This document shows positions 39,932-54,029 of a stretch of 64,000 nucleotides of DNA, in pieces. The DNA comes from Octopus vulgaris. Lineage: Eukaryota. The notes under the pieces were generated by a model. It saw nothing but the letters and a program-made list of their open reading frames with translations, was not told the origin of the DNA and searched no databases. The position numbers and the translations under genes were made by a program. The stretch's first letter is position 1, and every line of letters begins with the position of its first letter. The stretch covers positions 52,204,001-52,268,000 of the forward strand of contig OX597824.1 in NCBI GenBank assembly GCA_951406725.2, given 5' to 3'.

Positions 39932-40486
39932 ATATATACATTTACGTATGTATGTATATATACAGCTGCACACACACATACACACACACACACAAATATA
40001 CGGACACACACACAATGGACACGGACACACACACACACACACACATACACGGAAACACACGGACACACACACATACACACACATGTGGTATTTGGCTCAA
40101 TTGCTTGTTTCAGGCATTGGACTACGAACATGTTGGGTTTCATACTTCAAATGTGTTTTTAAAGGTCCCTACTTAGGATTCTTCTGAAAGAACAGTCCGT
40201 CAACAATTCCGTCACCTGGTATATTTTGAAGAACTGGAAAACTTACACCACCGGTAACGAAAGTGGCGAGCACTGTAATGCAGAAAAGCGCTCACTGGAA
40301 TCTAGCGCATTTTTATGTACTAAAACACACTTTTGGAAGCTGCCCCCATATATCATCTGATTTCGGCCACCAACTACATCCTCGAATTTTATTCTCAGAT
40401 CTACACAAAAAGAACAAAATACTCAATGAACATTAATGCTACCTCCACTTTCATTAAATTTTATCAATTTTTAATCTTACTGAAAA

Positions 40487-40524
<38 letters not shown>

Positions 40525-40534
40525 ATATAATGAA

Positions 40535-40683
40535 AGTGGTAAGAAGCTTGCTTCCCAACCACACGGTTCCGGGTTTACTCCCAGTGCATGGCAACTTAGA
40601 CAAGTGTCTTCTGTTATAGCCTCAGGCCGACCAAGGCCTTGTGAGTGAATTTGGTAGACAGAAACTGAAAGAAGCTTGTCGTG
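40535..40683 (+). mobile_element. SINE B 5' half
   Basis: GTGGTAAGAAGCTTGCTTCCCAACCAC..GGTTCCGGGTT...GAAACTGAAAGAAGC, then (TA)n. Confidence 0.8.
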
Positions 40684-40861
40684 TATATATATATATATAT
40701 ATATATACAAATGTGAGAGAGAATCCACTATGTGGACGTTCTTACGCTAGATATAGATCTGCAAAGGGACTGAACCACTAAGAATTGTTCTCGAGAAAAA
40801 ATTTAGCACACTAAGGACGTAAACGAGCAGGACAAATGAAAAATAACAAAAATATAGATTA

Positions 40862-40937
40862 ACTCCATACAATTGTTTCACTGTTAATAAATTATGCAAT
40901 TTTACTTACATAATTATCCTCAGATCATCGGTGGAGT
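40862..40937 (-). ncRNA. Type I hammerhead ribozyme motif with palindromic minimal stem III (U4C core variant)
   Basis: ACTCCA-CCGATGA-[TCTG..AATTATG/CATAATT..CAGT]-GAAAC-AATT-GTA-TGGAGT: perfect 6-bp stem I, self-complementary ACAATTGT, GUA triplet. Confidence 0.65.
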
Positions 40938-41033
40938 ACGTCATAAAATATAATTTGTCAAACTGCACGCTATATATTAACACGAGGTCAAAGACACGAA
41001 CAGTTCGGCCTATTATATTCACAGTTACATTCA

Positions 41034-41069
41034 AATGCCCTCGTTCTAGCGCGCTAGAACGAGGGCATT
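41034..41069. repeat. Perfect 36-bp palindrome
   Basis: AATGCCCTCGTTCTAGCG|CGCTAGAACGAGGGCATT. Confidence 0.95.
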
Positions 41070-41115
41070 CTAATGACTGAAACAAGTAAAAGGTAAAAGA
41101 GAGTAAAAGACATGC

Positions 41116-41146
<31 letters not shown>

Positions 41147-41509
41147 TGTATGTATGTATGTATGTATGTATGTATGTATGTATGTATGTGTATGTGTATG
41201 TGGATGCGTGGTTGTAAGCGTGTGTATATGTGTGCATATATGTGTCCGTGCATTTGGATATGCTTATATATTTACATACATTTTACGTCAGATTTTCACA
41301 TCAGACTACAATTTTATAGTAATATTTATATACTTGTTTGTATTTTTATACATCATATTTTTACCATTTTCGCAACCCATAATTATATTTCCAAATTTTT
41401 ATATTTCTACGTAATTCCTAGTTCATAATATGAGTGTGTGCCTGTGTATTAATTTACATATACGCATGCGTGTGTGTGTATCCATATACGTGAGATGCGT
41501 GCTACAATA

Positions 41510-41850
41510 AAGAAGGAAGAACATCGACTGGCTACGGCAAAAGAAACCATAGGAAGATCCTTGCTACGAGTAGCATTGGGCCAAATGAGATTATTCGAGA
41601 ACACGGCGGAGTGAAATACGTGATCGTAAAATATCGCAAACGTAAGTGTCCACTGGGTCGGATATGTGCAAGGTTCGCAGACGACAAGTGAACCTGTACA
41701 GTTTACAACTGTGATCCAAGAACTAGGAGAAGGCCACTCAGAAACCCTCCACAGATGGGAAGATGATTCAGCCAAACGATTTAGGTCAAAATAGAAAAGA
41801 AGGACGCAATCAAGAAATAATTAGAAGTGCACTTTGAGCTGCGATGTATA
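41510..41850 (+). mobile_element. Old RTE-type LINE 3' fragment
   Basis: EEHRLAT...RSLLRV...NEIIREH.GV...HWVGYV.RFADDK...PR.RRRP...RWEDD (frameshifted). Confidence 0.6.
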
Positions 41851-41965
41851 ACGACATTCGAGAGGGCACGGATGTAAGTATGTATGCATGTATGTGTGTA
41901 TGTATGCGTCTATATATATATGCGAATGTATGTATGTATGTATCTATCTATCTATCTATATATAT

Positions 41966-42018
<53 letters not shown>

Positions 42019-42644
42019 TATGTATGTATATATATATATAAATATATATGTATATATGGATACAGGACGTCACCAACTGTGTAAACAACATGAAGTACGA
42101 AAACAAACGGGTTAAATACGCAAACAACGAGAGAAAACATGGAAAACAGGACAAGTAAACGCATATACCAAAGTACATAAATGTGTGCATTGGAATAATT
42201 CACATTTAGAAAATATGGAGATGGCAACTAGAATAACTGAAGTAATAGCTGAATCAAGTTTCATGTAACATTACAAATTCTGGATAATGCATTGTATTTC
42301 ACACTAAAAATCTATGACTGAAAATTGACTTATACTCACAAAGTAGGGTGTCCCTCCAAAGATGCCACATTAGAAGATTCGCATTGTAACTTGATATATA
42401 TTGCAATAATTATCTCACCAACGGTGAGATGATAGAAGAAACAATTCTATATTTGAAATTCGAAAAAGCAGTCAACAACATTGATATACTATGAACGGAT
42501 TATGCCGAAGCTATATTTTACTTAAAGAAGTGAAGACCCAAATTGCCCGAAGGCAAGTGATGATAATATTACCTAAAATATCGTTAATACCAGACAATTA
42601 CTGGAAAGTAACAGGCAGGAGATTAGTTAACAATCTTTCCTTAA

Positions 42645-43015
42645 TAGTTACGCCGGACAAAGTGCTTAGCGGTTTTTCGTCTGCCGTTACATTCTAAGTT
42701 CAAATTCCGCCGAGGTCGACTTTGCCTTTCATCCTTTCGGGGTCGATAAATTAAGTACCAGTTACGCAGTGAGGTCGATGTAATCGACTTAATCCGTTTG
42801 TCTGTCCTTGTTCGTCCCCTCTGTGTTTAACCCCTTGTGGGTAGTAAAGAAATAGGTACTTCGTCTGTCTTTACGTCATGAGTTCAAATTCCGCTGAAGT
42901 CGACTTTGCCTTTCGGGGTCGATAAATTAAGTACCAGTTGCGTACTGGAGTCGATCTAATCGACTGGCCCCCTCCCTCAAAATTTCGGTCCTTGTGCCTA
43001 GAGTAGAAAAATTAT
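42645..43015 (+). mobile_element. Dimeric SINE A
   Basis: GTTCAAATTCCGC.GA.GTCGACTTTGCCTTTC...GGGGTCGATAAATTAAGTACCAGTT occurs twice, each with its own 3' tail. Confidence 0.88.
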
Positions 43016-43053
43016 TGATCCTTCTTTAAAATATTGATATTAATTTTGAATGT

Positions 43054-43346
43054 GAAAGCGCGTGACTTAGTGGTTAGGATATTTGGTTCACGATCGTAAG
43101 GACGTGAGCTCAATTCCCGGCAGTGCCTTGTGTCCTTGAACAAGATACTTTATTTCACGTTGCCCCAGTCCACTCACCTTGCAAAAATGAGTAGTACCTG
43201 TAATTCAAAGAGCCGGCTTTGTCACATTCTGTATTAAGGGTACGCATGTCTGTTGAGTGCTCAGCCACTTGCATGTTAATTTCACTAACAGGTTGTTCCG
43301 TTGGTCGGATCAACTGGAATCCTCGTCGTCGTAAGCGACGGAGTGT
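43054..43346 (+). mobile_element. tRNA-headed CORE-like SINE related to family D
   Basis: GAAAGCGCGTGACTTAGTGGTTAGG...TGTGTCCTTGAACAAGATACTTTATTTCACGTTG. Confidence 0.75.
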
Positions 43347-44011
43347 CAGGCTATGAAAGTTTTTGAGTTTTTATTCTGTGTGTGAAGCGATTGAAGCCGA
43401 CTTGACCACATCACAGTCACTTATCCATAGTTATAATGATGCAATGTTTAAATCAGTAATCAGTATGTTCCCATATGAGATGGACGAATAAAACAGCATC
43501 TGTACCAAGATATGAACCAATGCTGTACAGCTGTGTATTCACCTCGCTTCTCCCCGACCTATTCAAGAATTACTAGTTCTGTTTTTTTTCACTAATCTTA
43601 AAGCAGTCACATATTGTACAAAACTATTCTTGTCTATGTCAACAGGAACATTTCTCAGCAAATTTCTTCTTAACCGTAAACAAACCAATTCTATGATTTC
43701 ACATTCACTCAAGTATTTTTTTACAATTATATTTTACTTACATTTTTATTTATGTTTTTGTGTAATTTTCCTCCACTTTTCACACACAATAATAGGAATC
43801 TTTAGGCTTCAACAATGTATAGGAAGAAAAAAAAAGTAAGAAAAACTTAAAAATGAAAATTCAAAAAATGTCAAAATAAAAGAAATATATAGAAAAGGGA
43901 AAAGGCGAGATTTGAGCAAAAAGTTCAAGCAACACAACCAATGACTACAATATAACAAAAACAGTAAATAATAAAATCAATAACAGCAGCAGCAGCAACA
44001 ACAACAACACC

Positions 44012-44075
<64 letters not shown>

Positions 44076-44441
44076 CAACAACATTAATAAATGTAAGGAG
44101 AATGGGTGAAAATAGAAAGTGGACAGGGTTGTAATCCGTATATCTAGTTAATCATCAAGTGGGGAAGAAAAGTTGATGACAAAAACTCTATGGCAGCCGG
44201 GTTAATTACCAGCGCCAAATAGTAACATATATTTTTAAAAAATCGATCATATAATTAAATATATAAAAAAATCAATAATCTATTTATATATGCACACACA
44301 GAACTTATATATGGATGTGTACGTGTGTGTGTGCGCGCGCACATACACACAGGCACACATATATGCATATACATACATATGCATACATATATATATTCAT
44401 ACCTATATGTATATATGCATATATATGTATGTGTGTCTATA

Positions 44442-44522
<81 letters not shown>

Positions 44523-44566
44523 GCGAGTATGTGTGTATGTGTATGTATAAATATATGTATATATAC

Positions 44567-44626
<60 letters not shown>

Positions 44627-45177
44627 ATATACATTTATATATATATGCATGCATCTGTATGTATGTGTGTGAGCGTGTGCGTAAGTGTGTGTATGAATAA
44701 ACTTAAGGACGTAAAACACCGATAAATATAGAAACGAGGATCATAAATAAATTGTTAGATATATATGTGTATATAGCTATGATATTTATACTTGCCCATA
44801 CACTCATAACCAACATACTCCCACATATATACATATATGCAGAGTGCGAGATAAAAAGAGGTAGCGAGTGAGAGTGATGAAGAGACAATCATATTTGAAA
44901 GGATATATGAATACATTACAATGACAAACAGCAAAAGAGAACACACAAATACGTGCATATATAGTTAAGTATATAGGAACACACGCAAATATCTGGATTT
45001 GTGTCACTGTGCACCCTTCTCTCCCCCTCCCTTTCTGTCTCAGAGTCTGGGTACATACGTACATACATTCATACATACATACATACATACATGCATGCAT
45101 GCATGCATTCAGACATACATACATACATACATACATACATACATACATACATACATACATACATACATACATACATA

Positions 45178-48100
45178 ATGGCTGCCCCCTCGTTATCAAG
45201 TATGGCCATTGCACGAAGCTTAACTGTTATTGGTGCTGTGATCGAATGTGACTTTTTAGCCCAGCTAAAGATCTACAATGTCTTGTACAGAATTGACATC
45301 TAAAACCTTTACCGGTAATAGCCGGCTGTAGTTGTAACTGGGCTTCATGTACCTTTGCATGTCGTTTAAGTCCTCCTGTCGAATTACACTCTCTTCCACA
45401 TGCCAGACAGATATGATTAGTATGGTGTGTTACACCACCACCAGTGGCCAGGTTGTCACTCATCTGTCTCGCTTTATGACTACGAAGATGACTCTTGAGT
45501 CCAGCTTTACTGAGGCAAGGTCTTGCACAGACACTACATGTCAGCATCATAGGAAGACTATTCCCATCTGGAAGTGTAACAGCGATGCCCTTCCTGACAT
45601 CCCTCCTTATTTTCTCATGTGCAACTCGAGATTTCTCAAAAGTAGCTGTTCCCTCGTGCACAACCCTTCTCCACCTGCTACGATCAATAGCTATGCCTTC
45701 TCATGTGTCAGGAGAGATGCAAGCATCTCTTAATGAAGCCTTCAGCAAGTCTTTATACCTCTTTTGTGGTTTATGTGGAGGTCGTTCTCCTTTAGCTAAC
45801 TCTCCATAAAAGAGTTGTTTTGGCATCCTTGAATCCTTCATCCTGACCAGATGACCACTCCAACTGAGCCTTTGCTTTAACACAAGAGCTTCTATACTTT
45901 CACACCGAGAGCCTTCCAATATTTCAAGATCACTGATGCAGTCCTTCCACTTAATGCCATAGATCCGTCTGAGACACATCTTATGGAAACATTCCAGTTG
46001 TTTAAGGTGGTATCGATATGTGACCCACGTCTCGCAGGCATAGAGAAGAGAAGGGAGCACACATGTCTTGTACACCTTTATCTTTGTCTTTCTGCATATG
46101 TCTCGCCGACTCCAGAGACGCTTTTCTAGCCTTCCGAAAGCAACACTTGCTTTCCTAATTCTATATGGAATTTCATCATCCAAATTGCTATATCTATTAA
46201 TAGTAGACAAACTGATCAACTACATCAAGTCGTTTACCATACACATAGATATTTGGTACACTATGCTGCTTGCCAGGGGCAGGTTGGTACATGACAACAG
46301 TTTTCTTGAGATTGACTGTCAATCCTAAGGCAGTGCAAGCATCAGAGAATGCATTCAAAATGTGTTGCATATCAATTTATGTGTGTGCAACTAGATCACA
46401 ATCATCTGCATACAAAAGGTCTCTTATGATAGAGGTAAATACCTTTGTTTTTGCAGCAAAGCGCCTGATATTAAATATGCTGCTAGAGGTTCGATAATCG
46501 ATGTAAACACCGTATCTGCAGTTTCTGAATGCAATACAGAACATCATCGCAAAATATATGGCAAATAGGGTTGGTGTCACAATATCCCCCTGTTTCACTC
46601 CATTTTGTATTGAAATGGGCTCCGGCATTTTCCCTCTAACATTCACCCTACCATTCATGTTTTCATGAAAATACCTAACCAAAGCAAGAAACTTTTCAGG
46701 ACACCCAAGTTTCTGGAGGACTTTCCACAATGCTTTTCTATTGACGGTATCAAAGGCTTTTGTCAGATCGACAAAAACCTGATACAAATCCAAACCCAAT
46801 TCCACACACTTCTTCTGAAGCTGTCTAGCTGAAAATATCATATCAGCAGTGCCACATCTCACACGAAAGCCAGATTGACTTTCTGGAAGAACACAATCTG
46901 CAACGTATTTCAGCAGACGATCCGGAAGTACCCTGCATAAAACCTTTCCTACGACAGACAGCAATGATACTCCCCTATAATTATCACAATCATTTCTGTT
47001 GTCCTTTCCCCTATACAAGACCACCATTACTGTATCTCTCCATTCCCCAGGTACAGATGCACTCGTCCATATCTTACCAAACAAAGAGTGAAGTTTCTGC
47101 AGAAGTTTCTCACCAACATGTTGTAACAACTCCGCATGTATGCCATCCATACCCGGAAACTTCCCATTATTCAACATTGAGACAGCCATTGCAACTTCTT
47201 CCAACTTTGGTGGTTCTGCGAGTGCTGCCTTCACAGGTAATCCAGGGATGAGATTGAGAACATCTTCACTAACTACAGACTGCTGATTCAAAAGTTCATC
47301 AAAGTGTTCTTGCCACCTTCGCAGAATTCCTTGTGAATCACGAAGAAGTTCTTTATCATCCCTGCTTCGGAGTGGTGTCATCAGGGAAGACATCGGTCTA
47401 TAAACTTCTCGCAAGAGACCATGCAAAACATTTGTGTTATTGGAATCTGATGCCGCCTGTATCTCATCAGCCTTCTTACTCCACCATCTGAGAGAGCCTT
47501 TGCCTCACACGTGTTTTTACATCCTTGAGTTCCCTATGCAACACTTCCCTTTCCTGTGGCTTTGCTGACAAAAGTACACCTTTTATCAGTCAATAAATCA
47601 TCTATATGTTCATCATTTTCTTTAAACCAATCTTGGAGCTTTCTTTGTATCAATCCCATAACTTTCTTGCTTATATCATAAACTAACTTTTTAAGGGTCG
47701 GCCAATCCTCCCCAATATCTGCAGCATTCATTTCCTCTCATAAAGTTCTCTTCACACTATTACACCTAAGACGATCAACATTCAGTCTTTTAGGCAGGGT
47801 AATCCCTGCAGCTCGGATTTTATGTTTTGTGACTAATTTCACTTTTGCACGTACTAGACGGTGTCAGTCCAACACTCAGCTCCACGAAGAACACGAACAC
47901 ACTGCACATCCTGTCTGTCACGTACCATAACAAGGATGTAATTCAGAATATACCATTCTTTAGATGCAGGGTGCATCCATGTAGTCTTAAACTTATTCTT
48001 TCGTTGAAACATGGTATTGGTAACACACAGACGCAGCTCCTCACACATCTGCAGCAAAAGCATGCCATTACTATTACACTTCCCCACCCCATGCATTCCA

Positions 48101-49332
48101 ATTACAGTCCATGTGTTAAAATCCCTACCCACTCTAGCATTAAAATCACCCAGTGCGATGACTTTGTCAGCCCGAGGGATATTTCTTATAATGCCCTTCA
48201 AAGCATGGTAGAAAGAAAGTTTTTCGTCATCAGTATAGCACATAGTTGGAGCATACACGCTCATCAAGGTCACATAATTTCCTTTAACCAAAGGAATTCT
48301 CATGGACATAAGACGCTCGTTAATTCCGACTGGGAATTCTTCTAACTTGTCCACAAGAGTAGTTTTAACAGCAAATGTCACTCCAGCTTCTCCTCTAAAC
48401 TCTTCATTCCTCCCTATCCAAAAGAATGTATATTTTCCACAAGATTCTGTAAGATGACCATCTCCAGGTAATCTCGTCTCAGATAAAGCAACGATGTCAA
48501 GATCATAGCTCCTTCGCAACAAGCGCAGTCCTTCTTTTAGGACATTCAGAGGGCTCGCGGTGAAGCAGTGTCCGTACATTCCAACAGCCAATATTCAATA
48601 TTTTCTTTGGTTCTATCACAGTAGCATGATGATGGCCGGGTTCAGACTGTGATGCTCTGGATCCCCTGCCGGCTAGACTCTTTCAACTGATGTGGTTCCA
48701 GAGTCCTTACTGCCATTTATTTTTATACTGTTTTGGTACATCATTGAGTTTTTTGCTTTTTAAGGCTACAGCCAGCCATTCAGTTGAGACTCATAGCACC
48801 ATCAACAATCATGAATTAGTTAATCAGTTTAATCAATCAATCAATGTTGTTATCGTGCAAGAAGATTTTTTTTAAAGCGAGGAAAGGTTGTGCACTGAGT
48901 CAATCCCACTCACTAAGCAACAGCCATAATCCGAAAAGAAGAACAAGTCAACATCACCGGTAACCACTGAGCCGCAGGTTTTATGTCGGAGTTATCCCAG
49001 TTACCTGAGTTACCTTCTCCTTCAAGGATGCCCTAACAAAGGCTAGGAGTCCTTCACTTCCAATGGTTTAACCGCGCGATCGGGTATTCAGTCCGATTAT
49101 TTCTATGTCCCCGCGCATGATACAGCCTTAAGACATTTATTGGATGGCCGTTGACTCTCAAGAGTTCCTCCGCCCTTTGACGGGTTTTGTTTTTCATCAC
49201 GCAGGGTGCCCAATAAACACACTCCTCACCAAGCAAACTTGGTGGAGTTGCCGGTTTAGTCGCCGACGACCCGACCATGCAACAGGTTGTACTGGGTTAC
49301 ATGTTACCAGTAGCACTCGAAGTGACCTGACA
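45178..49332 (-). mobile_element. Near full-length RTE-clade LINE, disrupted by frameshifts and stops
   Basis: APE (DIVALSETR, SVYAPT, LGDFNARVG; 47854-48591), RT (NYRGVSLLS, QSGFR, FVDLTKAFD, GVKQG, YADD; 46377-47426), thumb region (45701-46219), three C2H2 fingers (45227-45661), ~700-bp 5' UTR; (CATA)n on both sides. Confidence 0.96.
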
Positions 49333-49587
49333 TAATACATACATACATACATATGTATACAATTAATTCGGTCTACTGGAACAAAAACTGACTAAAACTC
49401 CGAGTTTTATCAAGCGTGACAGGGTTTTCAATCAATTTTGTTTCCAACTGAAGAAATATACACCTATTCGACTCTTGTATGTATGTATGTATGTATCTAT
49501 GTATTTATCTATGTATAAATGTATGTATGTATGTGTGTATGTATGTGCGTGTTGTATATGTATGTATGTATATATGTATGTATGTAT

Positions 49588-49654
<67 letters not shown>

Positions 49655-49769
49655 GTATATGTATGTATGTCTATGTATACATGTGTGTATGGATGTCGTC
49701 TTTCAATTTTTATTATCTGAAGTCTCTCTTTAACAAAGGAGCTGGTTTCTGATAAAGATACAGATCTTC

Positions 49770-51430
49770 ATAGTTTGAAGGCAGATAACAAAAGCAAGTT
49801 CCCATTTTGACCTTGAGAAAAGTCTTGCATACTTCTACTGTTCTGTTTACACATTTTATTTGTATTTTTTCTGAAAACCCCTTACTATCTGAATTGTGAC
49901 TGAGGCATTTACTCGTAAAACCAAGTGCTCTAATTGTTATTGTTATAAATAAAATTATAATCTGGATGTAGAAGCTGGAGGCTTCAACGCAATGGTTCAT
50001 AATTATTCTCTTTCTCTTTGATTTTTCGAAGAGGTATTCACATCAGCAGAGCGGCTGATCTCTGTGACAGAATATACTTTTTCTTGTTCATCCCAAATCA
50101 GGCATGTTACATTTGCACTTGGTAGAAGTTTTGATGGAAATCTTCCGCCAATATTCCTTGAGCTGATGTTTATACATGTATTCAAAAACAAGGTGGTTCT
50201 CCATATCTATCCCAGAGCTATCATTTTTTTTCTGATGGCATCGTATATTGTTTCAGTGATAATGTCGGGTCGCATTAGGATGATAGTAACCTTGATGGTA
50301 TTTTTGGGTAGCTGTTAATCACATGCTTGAAGTCTTTCAGTGAAATATTGACATAATCGACATTCTTGATTGTATCTCCACAGGCCTCACTGTCTTAATT
50401 GTTTATAAAGTATTTTGTAGCGCTCTCTTACTCTTAGAATTCAAATGCATAGCCTTCGAAGTTTTATGTGATTAGCACGAGCCAAACAAAGCCTGAGCTT
50501 CATTTTCTGGAAACAGCCATGCATAGTCTTTGTGTGTGTGCGTGGGTGTGTGGGTGTGCGCGCGTGCGTGTGTGCGTGTGTGTGTGCTGAGCGATTCACA
50601 TCCAGGTCTTCTTGAGGTATGTTAGTTCCACCTGTTTTAGCATTTTATGATGTTCGTCAGGAAGAGAATACTTCCTGAGGAGCTCACATGTAGAATGCTG
50701 CTCTCTTCACATTGAGGACTACGTATATATATTTATTTTTGCTGTTGTTCTGTAACAGGTGTTGTCTGAGAGAATCTAATAGGGCATTTGAAGGTCGTCT
50801 GTTCTGCTCTCAAGCTTCTATCTCTTGCATATCATTGTAGGTAGAATCTGTCAATATCAGTTTCTGCGGGAGTTTCAGGTAATGTCAGTATCTTGCGGGT
50901 TTTAATGTCTAAGGAGTAGATTTCCTTCAGACACCGCTAAGTAAACCAACTGTTGGAATCAGCACCGGTGCTACAAATACGTTGTTGGAAATTGTCTTGT
51001 AAGAGGTGAGTTCCTAATGCTATATTTTTCCAAGTCTGGAATAATATTCTCGAGTCATCATATTATTATTAGGAGAGATAGAGAGAAGCGATTGATGCAC
51101 GGGGTTTGGGTTTGTGGGATTAACTTAACAGGTTAACATTCAAATACAAACATTTTTGGACAAATTTCATTCCTACATAAGCTGAGAATGTTGTTACTAA
51201 TTCTACTTGTCTTTTGCATTGTACACAGTTTTAGCGTAGATCGTTCGATCATCCGCGAAGAAATTATGGGTTACATTAATATTTCTAGCAGTCGCATATC
51301 CTAACATGTAACTATTGGATTTTGATAGCAGAAACAATTGATTCAGTACCAAGATCAACAGATTTCGTAGTAAGACTCTCACCTTGGAATATATTTTGAA
51401 ATATTATACAATCAGAGATGACCGTCCCGC
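49770..51430 (-). mobile_element. Highly degenerate R4/Dong-like RLE LINE 3' half
   Basis: Minus strand fragments IFQGESL, THNFFADD, LDIKTRKILT, CRLC...HVINS.PK and IWDEQEK...EISRSADVN...IRALG. Confidence 0.7.
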
Positions 51431-51601
51431 TCTTAGTGAGAGGATTGTTGCCCAGGTTTTGTATGCCGCCCAGTAGCAGCAGCTATGGTAGTAGGTAGTT
51501 TTACCTAGCATAGGAAGTTCAGCAGCTATGAATGGGGATTATAGTTGAATGTGTTTGTATGTACATACGTATATATGAGTGTATCTACGCGCACTTGTGT
51601 G

Positions 51602-51777
<176 letters not shown>

Positions 51778-52258
51778 GTACAGGACGGTCACCAACTGTG
51801 TAAACAACGAGTTCAATACGCGATATCTTAAATTGTCCAACGTTACACTATTCTACATCGGCTGCTCTCCGTATACTTTGAACGCAGCTATTAATTTATG
51901 ATATCATTAATATTTAAATCATGAACCTTACGATATTCATGCTGCCCTTTTAAACTATCTGGATCAGTTTTCAAGTTGAAATGAATTTATTGTTGCAATA
52001 AAATTATTGATTATTTCTTCAGTTATCGATAAACTTTTGTTTAATTGATTTCCACAACGAGAAATCTTCCATTCATTTTAAATAACATTGCGTAATTTTT
52101 AAGAAACAGATAACGCTCCAGTAAGTCTCTGCCGGATATACTTTCGTCAAAATGAGATCACACATTTTGTCTACGATATACCAGCTATATAGCTTTTACA
52201 TGACATTTACAATACAGTCTAAAATAAATTTGTATATTTTCAGAAAAAGAGACATCTA

Positions 52259-53484
52259 CGGGGATCGGCTGAAACGTTCATAGGTTGACCAAGATGTTCT
52301 CATGGAATGTGACCAAATGAGGTTTATTTTCCAACATAATCCCCTTTGTGGCCCACACACTTGTTCCATCTGTGGTGCAGTGCTTGTATTCCATTAGTGA
52401 AGAAGTTTTTATCCTGTTGGTCAAGAAAAGTCATATACGACGTCATCATCACAACGATACTGGTTCCCAGTCAAGTGTTTTATCATGCTGGGGAACAGAT
52501 GATAGTTATATAGATCCAAATCAGAAAAATAGGGATGGTGGTCAACCAGTTCAAAGCCACAGCCACGCACAGCAGCCGTTGAAACCAAGGACTTGTGTAC
52601 TGGAGCATTGTGATGATGAAACAAGACCCCTTTCGTCAGTTTTCATGACCCTTTCGCCTAGATAGCCTTTCGTAACTGCCTCAGCAAATTGGCATAGTAA
52701 TTTTCAATGATGGTGTGGCCCTTTTGAAGATAGTCAAGAAACACAACGCCTTTTGCATCCCGAACTTACCTGCAGAAGAAAGGACCATGGCCTTGTTTGG
52801 AGCATAGAGTGTCTCTTGGTTTCTATCTCAAAGTGATGAAGCCAACACTTATTTGTGTGAAGAAAGTTCAAGGAAACCAGCAGGATCTACCCCAAACAAT
52901 GCCAGATTTTCCTGTGCCGTGATCAGCCTGGGGTGCTTTTGAACAAGTTTCAGAAGACGTTGCACTCACCGAGCAGAGACCTTCAACATGCCAAATCCTT
53001 AGTGCAGAATATTCTCAGCTCATGGGATGTGCATTGGCTGTTTGATTTATTATGAATCGCCTCTCATCCATCACCATGTGGTGAACACGATCGATGTTTC
53101 CGTCGGTGGTGGCAGCTGCAGGACTCCAGATCTTGGAGGCTCTCCCTTCCCCTCCTAAATTTAGCTGCCCTCTTTTGCACTGTTGAGAAAGCTGGAGTGC
53201 CATCTCTAACGTAGCCATGATGTCAACATGAATATCCTTGGGCGGAGAGATAAACGTTTTTCCAACAGGTACTTGATAAAATAACGATGTCAAAGTTTGT
53301 CCATTTTCAAAAGAAATCGCTACTGGTTACAGTTGACGTCTTCTTAGAACAGTCATTTGTGAGTTTACCTGGAAAGAAACAACGCAGCTACTAATAAAGA
53401 GAATTGAAATTAATGCACACAAGATTTCACAGCTCTAGCATCACTTCTTTATAGTTAGCCTATGAACTTTTCAGCGCATCCTCG
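52259..53484 (-). mobile_element. Mariner (DD34D) element, degenerate full-length
   Basis: TIRs CGGGGATCGGCTGAAACGTTCATAGGTTGAC / GTTAGCCTATGAACTTTTCAGCGCATCCTCG; FHHHNAPVH...HHPYFSDLDLYNYHLF (decayed YSPDLAPSD); ~1.23 kb. Confidence 0.88.
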
Positions 53485-54029
53485 TTGACATCAAATAATT
53501 TCTTTGTTTTTTTATTGTTCAGCTGGTATGATTAAAATCCATTTATGTTATTTCTAAACTTTGAAACACAATTGCTAAAACCGGAGTCACATTTAGAATG
53601 GTGTAATCTTTGAAAACTGATTACACCCCTTTGCTACTAGTGGCAAACAAATGACAACTATATACTCACCAAACTACAAAATCCTGTTTTATTACATTAA
53701 GCAATGAATTTTGAAGGCCTATAAATCAATTAGTAAAGAGATCATTCTAAACTCAGAAGCAAAAGCTTTAAAATGATGTCAAACATTGTGTAAAGTTGGG
53801 AATTATTATCAAAGAATATGATTAATTAGAGCGTATCAAAAATATACTAGCAAGAAATACGACATATTAGACAGAATGCGATGATTCATTGACAGTCCCT
53901 GACACAGCACCAAATAGTTTCCAGATATTAGTTAGAGAAAAAGTCAATACATCTGTTGAAACGTAAAACTCATCTAATAAATTTATGTATATATGTGTGG
54001 ATGGATGGATGCACGTACGAATGTATGTA

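Noticed and set aside
45227-45661. Host C2H2 zinc-finger gene
   Set aside because: Collinear with the RTE ORF and inside the element's termini; no TGEKP linkers.
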